Shown here: in pieces, positions 10,238-20,111 of the stretch
How the letters are laid out: each line of letters begins with the position of its first letter
How positions within the stretch are numbered: the first letter of the stretch is position 1
DNA from: an uncultured Nitrososphaerota archaeon
GTDB taxonomy: Archaea > Thermoproteota > Nitrososphaeria > Nitrososphaerales > Nitrosopumilaceae
DNA length: 64,000 nt
Reading direction: 5' to 3'
Assembly: GCA_963824385.1 (NCBI GenBank)
Contig: CAWGPD010000003.1
Span: 224,001 to 288,000 of the forward strand
The notes under the pieces: model-generated
What the model was told of the DNA's origin: nothing
The model's input: the letters and a program-made list of their open reading frames with translations, nothing else
Databases searched by the model: none
Program-made: the position numbers and the translations under genes

Positions 10238-10903
10238 GTATTTAACTATAATCATACCATGATCTCCTTCATATGGCTCTAGATTAATCTCCTGAATTAT
10301 CTCAAAGTTTACTGCTAATTTTTTTATCTCTGAACGCATTACTTGAGCTGGTTCTTTTGTAACATCGATACTTCTTGTCTTTACTACAAGCATCATATAC
10401 CCTCCTTTTTTTAGATATGTCTTACAATTTAGTATTGCAATTTCTGTCTGATCTGGCTGGGCAATGTCAACATATACAACATCTACTGGTCCGTACACTG
10501 AAAAATATTCTTTGGGACTACGAGCATCTTGTAAAATTGGAACAATGTTTGATCTAAACGAAGCTACTCTTTCCAAAAAATCTCTTGCGACTCTGCTTGA
10601 ATGCTCCACACCGAAAACAATCCCGCTTGGACCAACAATGTCTGATACGTGGCTTGCAGTAGTTCCTGTGGATACTCCAAGATAGAGAATTTTAGCTTTT
10701 CTTACAATAGGTAAAAACTGAAGACCATTCATTATGGCAGCTCCGAGTTTACTACGATAAGGATCCCATATCCTAAATTCTTCATCATCTATTTTTACTA
10801 ATTTTTCTCTGTAAACTTGATTTCCGGGTACCAGATTTATGGTTGCAAGTCTTTTTTCCCCTTCACTTTTTACCCAAAAAATATTATCTTCTTCGTTTTC
10901 CAA
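10229..10903 (-). CDS. flpA: Fibrillarin-like rRNA/tRNA 2'-O-methyltransferase
   Basis: WDPYRSKL, LYLG..TGTT.SHVSD and DIAQPDQ. Probable TTG start at 10903. Confidence 0.93.
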   Translation of the reverse strand: MENEEDNIFWVKSEGEKRLATINLVPGNQVYREKLVKIDDEEFRIWDPYRSKLGAAIMNGLQFLPIVRKAKILYLGVSTGTTASHVSDIVGPSGIVFGVEHSSRVARDFLERVASFRSNIVPILQDARSPKEYFSVYGPVDVVYVDIAQPDQTEIAILNCKTYLKKGGYMMLVVKTRSIDVTKEPAQVMRSEIKKLAVNFEIIQEINLEPYEGDHGMIIVKYLG

Positions 10904-12189
10904 ACTTTTTTCTCTTGCTCTTCTGCCAGTCGTTTCGCTTGTCTCCATCTCTACCTCCACCATATCTTCTATCTCCCTCTCTGCCGCCTCTACCTCCTCC
11001 TCCAAATCTTCTATCGCGTTGGTCTTCTTGTCTACGTGGCTGGAAAGCTGGTCTTTCTGGCTGGTCTTTGTATTTTACTCCTATCTCAGTGACACGTATG
11101 TTGAGTTTCTCAAGTAATGTGTCATTTCTACCTGCTCCATAGACATCTACTCTTGCAGCAATTGCAGCTTTTGCAGCTATTGCTCTTGCAATTTTGCCTC
11201 TTTGCCATCTTGGAGCAGCATGAACTAATTGATGCTGGAACAACAAACCATGTTTGGGTGGCTGGGCACCTGTTTTGAGTGATTCTAAACAATGCCTTTT
11301 CTGCACCAAGAATTTGAATTGTACTAGCTGGCATCATTGCAAGTCTCTTTAGACTTCCTGCCTTTGCAAGTATTCTTGCTCCAACTGCAGAGCCTAGTAT
11401 GACAGAAATGTTTGGCGCCACTAACTCCATTTGTGACTCGATGTGTTTCTCAAGTGATTGTCTTAATTCAAAAAGTTCTAAAATCTGTTTTGAAATACTT
11501 TGAACTATTGCAAGATTTTCATCTGAGATCTGACCACCTCTACTCTTTTTTTGTAATAGTGATAACATTTCTGCTTTCTCTTCCGGAAAACCAGCCTCAA
11601 GATACGTATTCTGAGTAAGATCATCTCTTCTTCCTGCCGTGACAATTTTTGAATATCCACTTATTGTATCAATTAGATTGTCAAGTTCTGGAAAATGTAA
11701 TCCGTACCACTCTCTTACTCTGGAACTTAGTAAATTAATTATCTTGTCTGTCTCGTCTAAGGTGCTAATTGCCTGAATTATGTGTAAATCTGGACTCTCA
11801 GAAATCTCGGTTACTCTAGATGATGATAAATTGAGTGCAAATTCTCGTAATTTTCCTCTGGCATCTCCTTCATCTGTGGCAAAGCCTGAATCTACAAGGA
11901 CGTGCAATTTTGAAGATTGTATAGTCTCTATCTTCTTCTCATCCATGAGATCTGACTCTATGGATTTTTTTCTCAATAATTTCAACAACGAAGAATCGTT
12001 TACGGTAACAATACTTCCTAAATTGGCAAGAAATTGTTCTAATTCATTAAGATTGATCTGCTCTTTTTTCAAATCTACGTACTGGACTGCAGGATTTGAA
12101 AACGGAAATGATTTTACACATTTATTATCATCAAAAACTGCAACGCCCAACTCTGTTAAAATGACAGAATGCATAAAGTGCATTTTCAT
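10884..12189 (-). CDS. nop5: Nop5/Nop56 box C/D RNP protein (one extra base at ~11283)
   Basis: REWYGLHFPEL and PASTIQILGAEKALF, continuing as PKHG..RGKIAR in the adjacent frame; RGG-rich tail. Confidence 0.92.
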
Positions 12190-12266
12190 GTCTTACTAAA
12201 AAATGTAACAGTAGGGATTCTAAACCACATCAAACGTTATAAGACTACTATTTTTTATTATTAGAA

Positions 12267-13176
12267 GTGAGTCCTGACATTTCAACCAGTGTAGGTCCCA
12301 TTGTACTTCAAAGACCTACCATGCTTGCTTCTGGTATTCTTGGTATATCGCTTGACGTTTTTGGCCGTCTATATAAAGAAGGAGCAGGAGCACTTGTCAC
12401 AAAATCTCTTAGCAAAGAACCATGGGATGGATATCCAAACCCTACCATAATCGGACTAGGAAATGGATATCTAAATGCAGTAGGACTATCAAATCCTGGA
12501 GACTCCATACTTTGCAAAGATGTTATCATCAAATCAAACTATTCCGATAATTATTAGTCTGGTAGGCTCTATCCCTGAAGACTTTACATTCATGATAAAA
12601 CAATTTGAGAATGTAAAGATTCTAGGATATGAACTTAATCTATCATGTCCTCATGTTGAGAAAGTCGGTCTAGAAGTGGGAGATGATCCAGAACTTGTTC
12701 GCGCTATAATTAAATCCGTAAAAAAAGAATCTAAAGTTCCAGTAATTGCAAAAGTGGGTCTAGGCTCTTCAGACTATCTGAAAACTGTTAGTACTGCATG
12801 TGAGAGTGGAATTGATGGCATAACTGCAATAAATACACTTAGGGCAATGGCAATAGATGTAGAAACGGGAAGACCTTTTCTGAGTCATAAGATAGGTGGA
12901 CTATCTGGACCTCCAATCAAACCGGTTGCAGTACGATGTGTTTATGAAATTTCATCAAAGTTTGATATTCCTATTATTGGGTGTGGTGGAATTTCAACCT
13001 GGGAAGATGCCGTAGAATTTTTACTTGCAGGGGCAAGTGCTGTACAAATTGGTAGCGCTGTTGGGGAAAAATGGACTGGAGTATTCTCTGAAATTAATAA
13101 TGGAATATCAAAGTATATGGAAAGAAAAAACTTTACAAAGATAAAGGAGATGGTTGGGATTGCAAAAAAGTTTTGA
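12267..13176 (+). CDS. pyrD: Dihydroorotate dehydrogenase 1B catalytic subunit (one extra base at ~12502)
   Basis: LNAVGLSNPG, NLSCPH, INT and GGLSG motifs split over two frames. Confidence 0.93.
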
Positions 13177-13972
13177 TACTCCAAAGATAGTAACAATAGA
13201 AAAAATGGTGGATGAAACTCCCACTGTTCGTACTCTATTCTTTTCTGATGAAACACTATCAAAGGTACTTCCAGGACAATTTGCTATGGTGTGGATACCT
13301 GGCATAAATGAAATTCCTATGAGTGTCATGATATCGCAAGAAAATGGAAAAGCTGCTTTTACAGTAAGAAAACATGGGCTTGCTACAACTGAATTATTTT
13401 CAAAAAGGGTTGGTGATCAAATAGGAATTAGGGGTCCTTATGGTAATTCATTTACTATAAAACAAGGTAAGATACTTCTAGTGGGAGGAGGAACAGGACT
13501 TGTTCCTCTTCTACGACTAGTAACATTTCTCAAGAAAAGTGATGATGTAACTATAATTATGGGCGCAAAAATGCAAGTCGAAGTCTTTTTTGAAAGTCTT
13601 GCAAAAAAACTACTAGCGGGAACTAGACACCAAGTAATTGTTGTAACTGAAGATGGAAGTTATGGTGAAAAAGGTCTTGTTACAGATGTAATAGACAAGT
13701 TGTTGAAATCTGATAAATTTGATGCAATTTACACATGTGGTCCTGAAAAAATGATGTACAAAGTTGTACAGATTGCATCTGAAAACAAGATCTATGTTGA
13801 GGCAAGCATTGAAAGAATGATGAAATGTGGAATTGGAATATGTGGTAGCTGTTGCTTTGGTGATGTAATGGCATGTAAGGATGGTACAGTCTTTGATGGT
13901 CCCTCTCTTCTTGCAAACAAGGAGTTTGGTTTCACTCATAGAAACAAATCGGGCATGATTGAGAACTATTAA
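13154..13972 (+). CDS. pyrK: Dihydroorotate dehydrogenase electron transfer subunit
   Basis: RGPYGN, GGGTG, CGPE and MKCGIGICGSC 2Fe-2S motif. Confidence 0.93.
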   Translation: MGLQKSFDTPKIVTIEKMVDETPTVRTLFFSDETLSKVLPGQFAMVWIPGINEIPMSVMISQENGKAAFTVRKHGLATTELFSKRVGDQIGIRGPYGNSFTIKQGKILLVGGGTGLVPLLRLVTFLKKSDDVTIIMGAKMQVEVFFESLAKKLLAGTRHQVIVVTEDGSYGEKGLVTDVIDKLLKSDKFDAIYTCGPEKMMYKVVQIASENKIYVEASIERMMKCGIGICGSCCFGDVMACKDGTVFDGPSLLANKEFGFTHRNKSGMIENY

Positions 13973-14026
13973 CGGTGGAACTGTTGGAAAACTTAAAATG
14001 CTCTCAAAAGTCATTGAAATTGAAAA

Positions 14027-15751
14027 TTGGGTCATCCTAAAATCGTATTAACTGCAGATCGTACACTAATGTCTCCCTATCGTGGGATATCTTTAGCAAC
14101 CTTCTTTGGTTGTGCACCTGCAGTAGACCCACACAGACCAAAAAACAGTTTCTGGTATTATATTCTAAAAGATCAAGTTACTCCCAAAGTTCTCTTTGAC
14201 TTTATCTGTAATCCTATAAGCAATACAAATGGTGTTGCAGATTATGCTCCATATGGACTACGTAAAGTAGAAGCCGCTCTTCTAAGAGATGGATACAAAA
14301 GAGAAGATGTTGTAGTAGCACATCCTGATCATGTAGACAAGTTCATCGGTCCTGAAACTCAAGTAGTTGGTACTTATGAAATGGATCCTCTTGGAATGGG
14401 TCCTGTAACTATGACATTTACTTATGGTAGAAAACAGACATCGTATGACGAATTTTACAACCGTGACTTGCATATGAAGATTAATGCTGCAAAGAAGAAA
14501 AACGGAAGTAATGCCAAAGTCATAGCTGGAGCTTCTGGAACTTGGCAGTATAATTATGATCCAAAGAAAATTCAAGAATATGGATTGTATGCAGTACTAG
14601 AAGGAGAACTTGGTGGTATAGCTCCAGAGATAGACGGACATGCTGGAGAATTCTTTAACAAACTTATTGGTGGAGAATTTGAAAACATGAATCCATTTGT
14701 TAAAAGCGATTTCAAAGTTGAGATTAAAGAATTTGGAAAAGACGAAGAAAAATTCCATGGTAGATTTATCCATTACTGGGATGAACCCGGAGTTGATGAA
14801 ATACCAAACATAGTGGAGCCAAGCATGCACGGAATGGTAGAAGTCATGCGAGGTTGTGGAAGAGGTTGCAAGTTTTGTGATGTTACACTAAGACCATTGA
14901 GATACTATTCACCTGAAAAAGTAAAACAAGAGATTCAAGTCAACATAAAGAAAGGAGGACAACGAAATGCATGGCTTCATAGTGATGATATCTTCGTCTA
15001 TGGCCTTGATCCAAGAAAGACAAAGAACATGGCTCCAAACAGAGAAGCATTAGAAGAACTCTTCAAAGCAGTCATGTCATGTGGAATAGAACACACCAAT
15101 CCAACTCATGGTACTTTAGCCGGTGCAATTGCTGATGAAAAATTACTTCCAAACATTTCAAAGATAATCCGTTCAGGTCCAAACAACAAGACTGGAGTTC
15201 AATGTGGATTTGAAACAGGAAGTCTTAGATTAATAGGAAAATATGCTGATAGGAAACTTGCTCCATACAAACCAGAGGAATGGCACTGGGTTGTAAAAGA
15301 AGGGGTAAAAACACTAAACGAGAATCACTGGATTCCTGCTTTTACTCTAATCATGGGTCTTGATAATGCTGAAACTGAAGAGGATGGGTGGGATACAATA
15401 CGCCTCATAAATGAACTAGAACTAGAACAACCCGAATCACAGTTTACGGTAACTCCACTTACATTTGTCCCAATAGGACTACTTGAAAAATCAGAGTTCT
15501 TTGATATTGGAAATGAATTGACTGCTCCACAACTAGGTGTCATGTACAAGACATGGCAACACAACTTCAAGTATGGGATTCAGAAATTCATGGACAAGAC
15601 AGGAAGTAATAATACTTTTAAGAGAAAGGCATTTACTGGCCTTGCAAGAGCTTTGGGTGGTGTTCCATTGAATGCAATGGAGAAATATGCAAGAAGAAAG
15701 GGTCCAGAACACGAGAGAGTAATTGAGACTATCAAGACAAAGTACTGGTAG
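14027..15751 (+). CDS. B12-binding-like radical SAM protein, Grs/Gms (GDGT-modifying) family candidate
   Basis: CGRGCKFC; N-terminal IVLTADRTLMS, APYGLRKVEA and DPLGMGP motifs. Confidence 0.75.
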   Translation: MGHPKIVLTADRTLMSPYRGISLATFFGCAPAVDPHRPKNSFWYYILKDQVTPKVLFDFICNPISNTNGVADYAPYGLRKVEAALLRDGYKREDVVVAHPDHVDKFIGPETQVVGTYEMDPLGMGPVTMTFTYGRKQTSYDEFYNRDLHMKINAAKKKNGSNAKVIAGASGTWQYNYDPKKIQEYGLYAVLEGELGGIAPEIDGHAGEFFNKLIGGEFENMNPFVKSDFKVEIKEFGKDEEKFHGRFIHYWDEPGVDEIPNIVEPSMHGMVEVMRGCGRGCKFCDVTLRPLRYYSPEKVKQEIQVNIKKGGQRNAWLHSDDIFVYGLDPRKTKNMAPNREALEELFKAVMSCGIEHTNPTHGTLAGAIADEKLLPNISKIIRSGPNNKTGVQCGFETGSLRLIGKYADRKLAPYKPEEWHWVVKEGVKTLNENHWIPAFTLIMGLDNAETEEDGWDTIRLINELELEQPESQFTVTPLTFVPIGLLEKSEFFDIGNELTAPQLGVMYKTWQHNFKYGIQKFMDKTGSNNTFKRKAFTGLARALGGVPLNAMEKYARRKGPEHERVIETIKTKYW

Positions 15752-15794
15752 GCAATACCCAAATACATAAATTGAATTAAAATAAAGTTCATCC

Positions 15795-15977
15795 GTGCCA
15801 ACTCACGGATCGCTTACTAAAGCAGGAAAAGTAAGAGGACAAACTCCAAAGGTTCCATCACGAGAAAGACATGGAACTATATCCATTACAAGAAACAAAG
15901 ATAATTTTAGAAAAAGATTCATCCTAAAAAGAGTCCCAGGCCAAAACAAGCCAACTCAGAGAAAAAGAAGAAAGTAG
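15795..15977 (+). CDS. rps30e: 30S ribosomal protein S30e
   Basis: HGSLTKAGKVRGQTPKV. Confidence 0.95.
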   Translation: MPTHGSLTKAGKVRGQTPKVPSRERHGTISITRNKDNFRKRFILKRVPGQNKPTQRKRRK

Positions 15978-16065
15978 AGCAGTAATTTTAAAAAAATCAT
16001 AGTCTAATTTGATCTTTGGTCAAAAGTTACCTACCTTGTCATTTTAATTCAAAAATTGGCACAAT

Positions 16066-16317
16066 TTGGCCTTGACACTAAATCCGCTTATTTTGTCCAA
16101 AAAGATTGTAATTTTTGAAATATTGGGATTTGTTGTGTTGAGTTTTATTATGTTTTCAGGGTTTGCTTCGTTCAAATCGGCTCTTATTTTAGGAAATACT
16201 CTGTTAGTTCTTCCCACAAGTGGGATATTTATTGCTCTTACAGTATTTGGCTACAAAATAATTGATTTTCTGTTTAAAGGACATTTGGTCCAGTCTTTGT
16301 TACATAAAATAAAATAA
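16066..16317 (+). CDS. Possible small two-TM membrane protein
   Basis: 83-aa hydrophobic ORF with TTG start filling an intergenic gap; no family recognised. Confidence 0.4.
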   Translation: MALTLNPLILSKKIVIFEILGFVVLSFIMFSGFASFKSALILGNTLLVLPTSGIFIALTVFGYKIIDFLFKGHLVQSLLHKIK

Positions 16318-16325
16318 AAAAAATA

Positions 16326-16401
16326 ACAGACTCAATCGATCCATGTTCTAAGGTGGTGACACCCTAAAACATGAACCGTTTCGTGTTCGTATAGAGTCTG
16401 C
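16326..16401 (-). ncRNA. Candidate structured small RNA (~76 nt)
   Basis: On the minus strand: 8-bp closing stem, 19-bp uninterrupted stem with 4 G-U pairs, UCAC loop, then a U-rich tract. Confidence 0.55.
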
Positions 16402-16543
16402 ATAAATAATTATGAGGTATAGATTCAAAAGATTATGTTTGTTTATTTTGAAATTATTTGATCTGATCTATTACATGGAAAAATCAACAAAAACAACCGA
16501 CAAGGTAAAAGAATCCTACATCCATAAACTTATTAGGTACTCG

Positions 16544-16560
16544 TACCGTACCATACGGTA
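16544..16560. promoter_or_regulatory. Perfect inverted repeat TACCGTA-CCA-TACGGTA just upstream of radA
   Basis: 7-bp arms ending 2 bp before the ATG, downstream of an AT-rich TATA-like element (~16530). Confidence 0.5.
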
Positions 16561-16562
16561 AG

Positions 16563-17562
16563 ATGGACGATTTAAGATTAGAAAATCTAGATGGGGTAGG
16601 CCCAGTAACTTCCAAGAAGCTAAGTGATGCAGGAATTCATAATATCATGGATCTTGTAATAAGAGGACCAGTGGACATATCAGAAATTACTGGTATGGAT
16701 CTTGATGCTGCTGTAAATCTGGTAAATAAAGCAAGACAACAGCTGAATTGATAACGGTCAAATTGCTAAAGAATTTGTCACTGCAACTGAGATTTACAAA
16801 AGAAGACAAGACATTGGAAAGATCACGACCGGTACTAATGCACTTGATACTCTATTTGATGGAGGAATTGAGACACAAGCCGTAACAGAAGTTTACGGTG
16901 AATTTGGTGCTGGCAAGACACAACTTTGTCACACATTATGTGTAACTGTTCAAAAACCAAAAGAAGAAGGTGGATTGGATGGTGGAGTGTTGTATATTGA
17001 TACAGAACACACATTCAGACCCGAAAGAATTGTTTCAATTGCTAAAGCAAAAGGACTTGATCCAGAAAAAGTTCTTGAACGAATTATAGTAGCAAGAGCA
17101 TACAATAGTGCTCATCAGGAATTAATCCTACAAGAGGCAGGCCCTGTAATTGAAGAGCATAAAATAAAATTACTTGTTGTGGACTCTGCTGTGGGACTTT
17201 TCAGAGCAGAATTTCTTGGCAGAGGAACGCTCTCTGTAAGACAGCAGAGATTGAACAAATTCATGCACTTGCTTTCAAGAACTGCTGAGACGTACAATAT
17301 AGCAGCAATTGCAACAAACCAAGTCCAGTCATCGCCTGATCAGTTCTTTGGTGACCCAACAAGACCTGTTGGAGGAAATGTTGTTGCACATGCTTCAACA
17401 TATCGTGTCTACCTAAAGAAATCAGGTAAGAAGAGAATTGCAAGAATGGTTGACAGTCCGCATCATCCAGAACAAGAGGCTCTCTATACACTAACCGAAG
17501 GTGGTGTTTCAGACCCAGAGGATGAAACAAAGAAGAAAAAGAAAGAAGAGTCTGAAGAATAA
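16563..17562 (+). CDS. radA: DNA repair and recombination protein RadA (one extra base at ~16746)
   Basis: N-terminal HhH, Walker A GEFGAGKT, YIDTE.TFRPER, LLVVDS and ATNQV. Confidence 0.95.
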
Positions 17563-17671
17563 CTGGTCTCATCCTGTCCCGTGGATGGAAGTGTCGTACT
17601 TCCATACCTCACTACTTTTCTTTTGTATCCAGTAAGTGTTAAATTATGGTCATCTCAAGTCTTAGCGATTA

Positions 17672-17974
17672 ATGACTACTAAGAAACCAAAGGGTCGCTC
17701 ACACGGCTTTATGCATAAATCACGATCCGTTATGACCAAGGATAAGGTCAGAGGAGTATCTTTCTTACTTAGAGAGTATGCTGTAGGAGACAAAGTTTTG
17801 GTAATCATAGATCCTTCACAGCACAAAGCATTGCCACATAGAAGATATCACGGTAAAGTGGGAACAGTGACAGAAGCTGGTCGTAGAACAGTAAAACTTA
17901 TAGTTAAACTTGGTAACAGGCCAAAAACCTTAATCACTAGATTAGATCATATCAAACCATTCGGTGTTGTTTAA
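17672..17974 (+). CDS. rpl21e: 50S ribosomal protein L21e
   Basis: PHRRYHGKVG; first gene of the conserved rpl21e-rpo4-DUF655-ksgA run. Confidence 0.93.
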   Translation: MTTKKPKGRSHGFMHKSRSVMTKDKVRGVSFLLREYAVGDKVLVIIDPSQHKALPHRRYHGKVGTVTEAGRRTVKLIVKLGNRPKTLITRLDHIKPFGVV

Positions 17975-17977
17975 AGA

Positions 17978-18304
17978 ATGGAAGAAGTAAAGAAAAAACA
18001 AGGCATTTCTATTCCAGAGGTAAAAGAAATTATGGAAAAAGTTGATACTGAATCAATGGATCAGATACAACGATGGACATATGATTATGTTACCAAATTT
18101 TCAAAAATTGATGCAAAGGCTGCAAAGAAACTCAAGCAGCAACTTGTAAAAGAATGTGGCATACAAGAAGAAGAAGCAGTAGAAATTGTAAATAATCTCC
18201 CAAGTACTGAAGCTGAATTGCGAGCATTTACTTTTGGTTGGAAGAAATTAATTCTTGCCGAAACGCTCGACAAAATGCTAAAGATAATCAAGGAGAATTC
18301 GTAA
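17978..18304 (+). CDS. rpo4: RNA polymerase subunit Rpo4 (RpoF)
   Basis: Size, YV.KFSK and EIVN.LP.T..ELRA motifs, and operon position. Confidence 0.88.
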   Translation: MEEVKKKQGISIPEVKEIMEKVDTESMDQIQRWTYDYVTKFSKIDAKAAKKLKQQLVKECGIQEEEAVEIVNNLPSTEAELRAFTFGWKKLILAETLDKMLKIIKENS

Positions 18305-18323
18305 GTTCAGGAGTACGGTTTTC

Positions 18324-18885
18324 TTGGAACATGCTCAAACTAGAAAGTATGAGGAATACGCATACGTATTAGATTTTGTCACAAGAGGAAAATCCACTAC
18401 TGTTAGAGGTAGGGACGGGATAATAGTTACAGACTCTTGGAGAAGAGAGACTTACAATACTTGAATTGCTAGCAATGCCAAACTCTACCTTTGAGATAGG
18501 GGAACGAGTATACATTGGCAAAGAAGGAAGAACAAAAATCCTCTCAGTTCTTGGTAGACTGGAACATAATCAAATATCATCTTCTGCTCAGAGTGAACTT
18601 AACTCTGTAGTAGAAAAGATCGTATTACAAAATGAAAAAAGATTTGTGGATTATCTTAACAACTCACAACCACTTACTCCAAGAATACATGCACTTGAAC
18701 TCATTCCTGGTATTGGAAAAACCTACATGAAAACAATGTTGGAGGAAAGAGAAAAGAAAAAGTTTACTGACTTTAAAGACTTGCAAGAAAGAGTTGGACT
18801 AAAAGACCCCGCAAAACAGATTGCAAAGAGAATCATCGAAGAGATAACTGGAGAAACAAGGATGAGTCTCTTTGTTAGAAAATGA
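18324..18885 (+). CDS. DUF655 RNA-binding protein (one extra base at ~18433)
   Basis: N-terminal YEEYAYVLDF (TTG 18324) joins ERVYIG...RIHALELIPGIGK after the shift. Confidence 0.88.
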
Positions 18886-19589
18886 TCAAACGCAGGTCAC
18901 TAGGGCAGCATTTTTTAACATCAAATTCAATCGCAAAATCCATAGTTAACTTTGCCAGTATAACAAAAGACGATATTGTTCTTGAGGTAGGCACAGGTAG
19001 AGGCATTCTTACACCACTTATCTGTGAAAACGCAAAAAAGGTAATCTCGATAGAAAAAGACCCAGTACTATATTCTCAAGCAAGGGAGATTTTTTCACAA
19101 ATCCCAAATCTAGTCTTAGAAAAGGGTGATGCTTTCAAGAAAAATACTGAATTTACAGTCTTTGTATCAAACCTTCCATATTCTGAGAGCCGTACTGCTA
19201 TAGAATGGCTTGTTCAAAAAAAATTCAAGCGTGCAATTATCATGGTTCAAAAGGAATTTGCCCAAAAATTGCTCACCAAAAAGGGTGGAAAAGAAAGAAG
19301 ATCCATATCTGTTCTTGCAAGCTATTGCTTTGATATTGAAAATCTAATGGAGATAAAAAATACCAACTTTAGACCTCCTCCCAAAGTTGATTCTGTAGTC
19401 ATATCTCTTGTTCAAAAGCAGGTACTTTCAGATCAGATTGTAAGAACTGTCAACAAACTGTTTTCATTTAAGAGAAAGACCATACGAAGCATTGGAAAAA
19501 AAATGGGGCTGGAGATTGATTCAGATAAAAGACTAGAAGAGATGCCTGAAGATGAGATAATTGAAATTGCAAAAAGAATCACCAAATAA
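18882..19589 (+). CDS. rsmA: 16S rRNA dimethyladenosine transferase KsgA/RsmA
   Basis: LGQHFL, LEVGTG.G, NLPY and FRPPPKVDS. Confidence 0.95.
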   Translation: MIKRRSLGQHFLTSNSIAKSIVNFASITKDDIVLEVGTGRGILTPLICENAKKVISIEKDPVLYSQAREIFSQIPNLVLEKGDAFKKNTEFTVFVSNLPYSESRTAIEWLVQKKFKRAIIMVQKEFAQKLLTKKGGKERRSISVLASYCFDIENLMEIKNTNFRPPPKVDSVVISLVQKQVLSDQIVRTVNKLFSFKRKTIRSIGKKMGLEIDSDKRLEEMPEDEIIEIAKRITK

Positions 19590-20103
19590 TTACTATATTC
19601 CAGCAGAGGATTCGGTTTTTCTAGCTGATTATCTAGAAAATGAAAAAGGAAAAACTGCACTTGATATTGGAACTGGCTCTGGTATTCTTGCAAAAGTTTT
19701 ATCCAAAAATTTTGAATTTGTTGTTGCAACTGATGTAAACATTTTTGCGTTAAAAAAGGCACATGAGATTATTACTAATTGTATATGTTGTAATGCGGCT
19801 GATGCACTACAAACTAGTTTTGATCTGATAGTGTGTAACTTACCATATCTTCCATCTGACGAATTATTGGATCCCACCGTAGATGGATTACAGGAGGGTG
19901 TTGAAATTCCAAGCATAATAATAAAATCTGCTAGTCTGAGAATTGGAAAAAAAGGAAAAATGCTATTTCTTACTTCATCACTTGCAAATTATTCTATCTT
20001 AATACAATTATGTGAATCACTTGGATTTAACACAAAGATAGTTGCAAGAAAGAAATTATTTTATGAAGAGTTACTACTTGTAGAATGTGTAAGAAACACA
20101 TGA
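19561..20103 (+). CDS. HemK/PrmC-family methyltransferase
   Basis: YIPAEDS, LDIGTGSG and NLPYLP. Confidence 0.88.
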   Translation: MKLQKESPNNYYIPAEDSVFLADYLENEKGKTALDIGTGSGILAKVLSKNFEFVVATDVNIFALKKAHEIITNCICCNAADALQTSFDLIVCNLPYLPSDELLDPTVDGLQEGVEIPSIIIKSASLRIGKKGKMLFLTSSLANYSILIQLCESLGFNTKIVARKKLFYEELLLVECVRNT

Positions 20104-20111
20104 AAGTTATG

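Noticed and set aside
16326..16404. Plus-strand H/ACA guide RNA (stem followed by ATA)
   Set aside because: The plus-strand fold has several A-C mismatches and no clear K-turn or K-loop; the minus-strand fold is much better.
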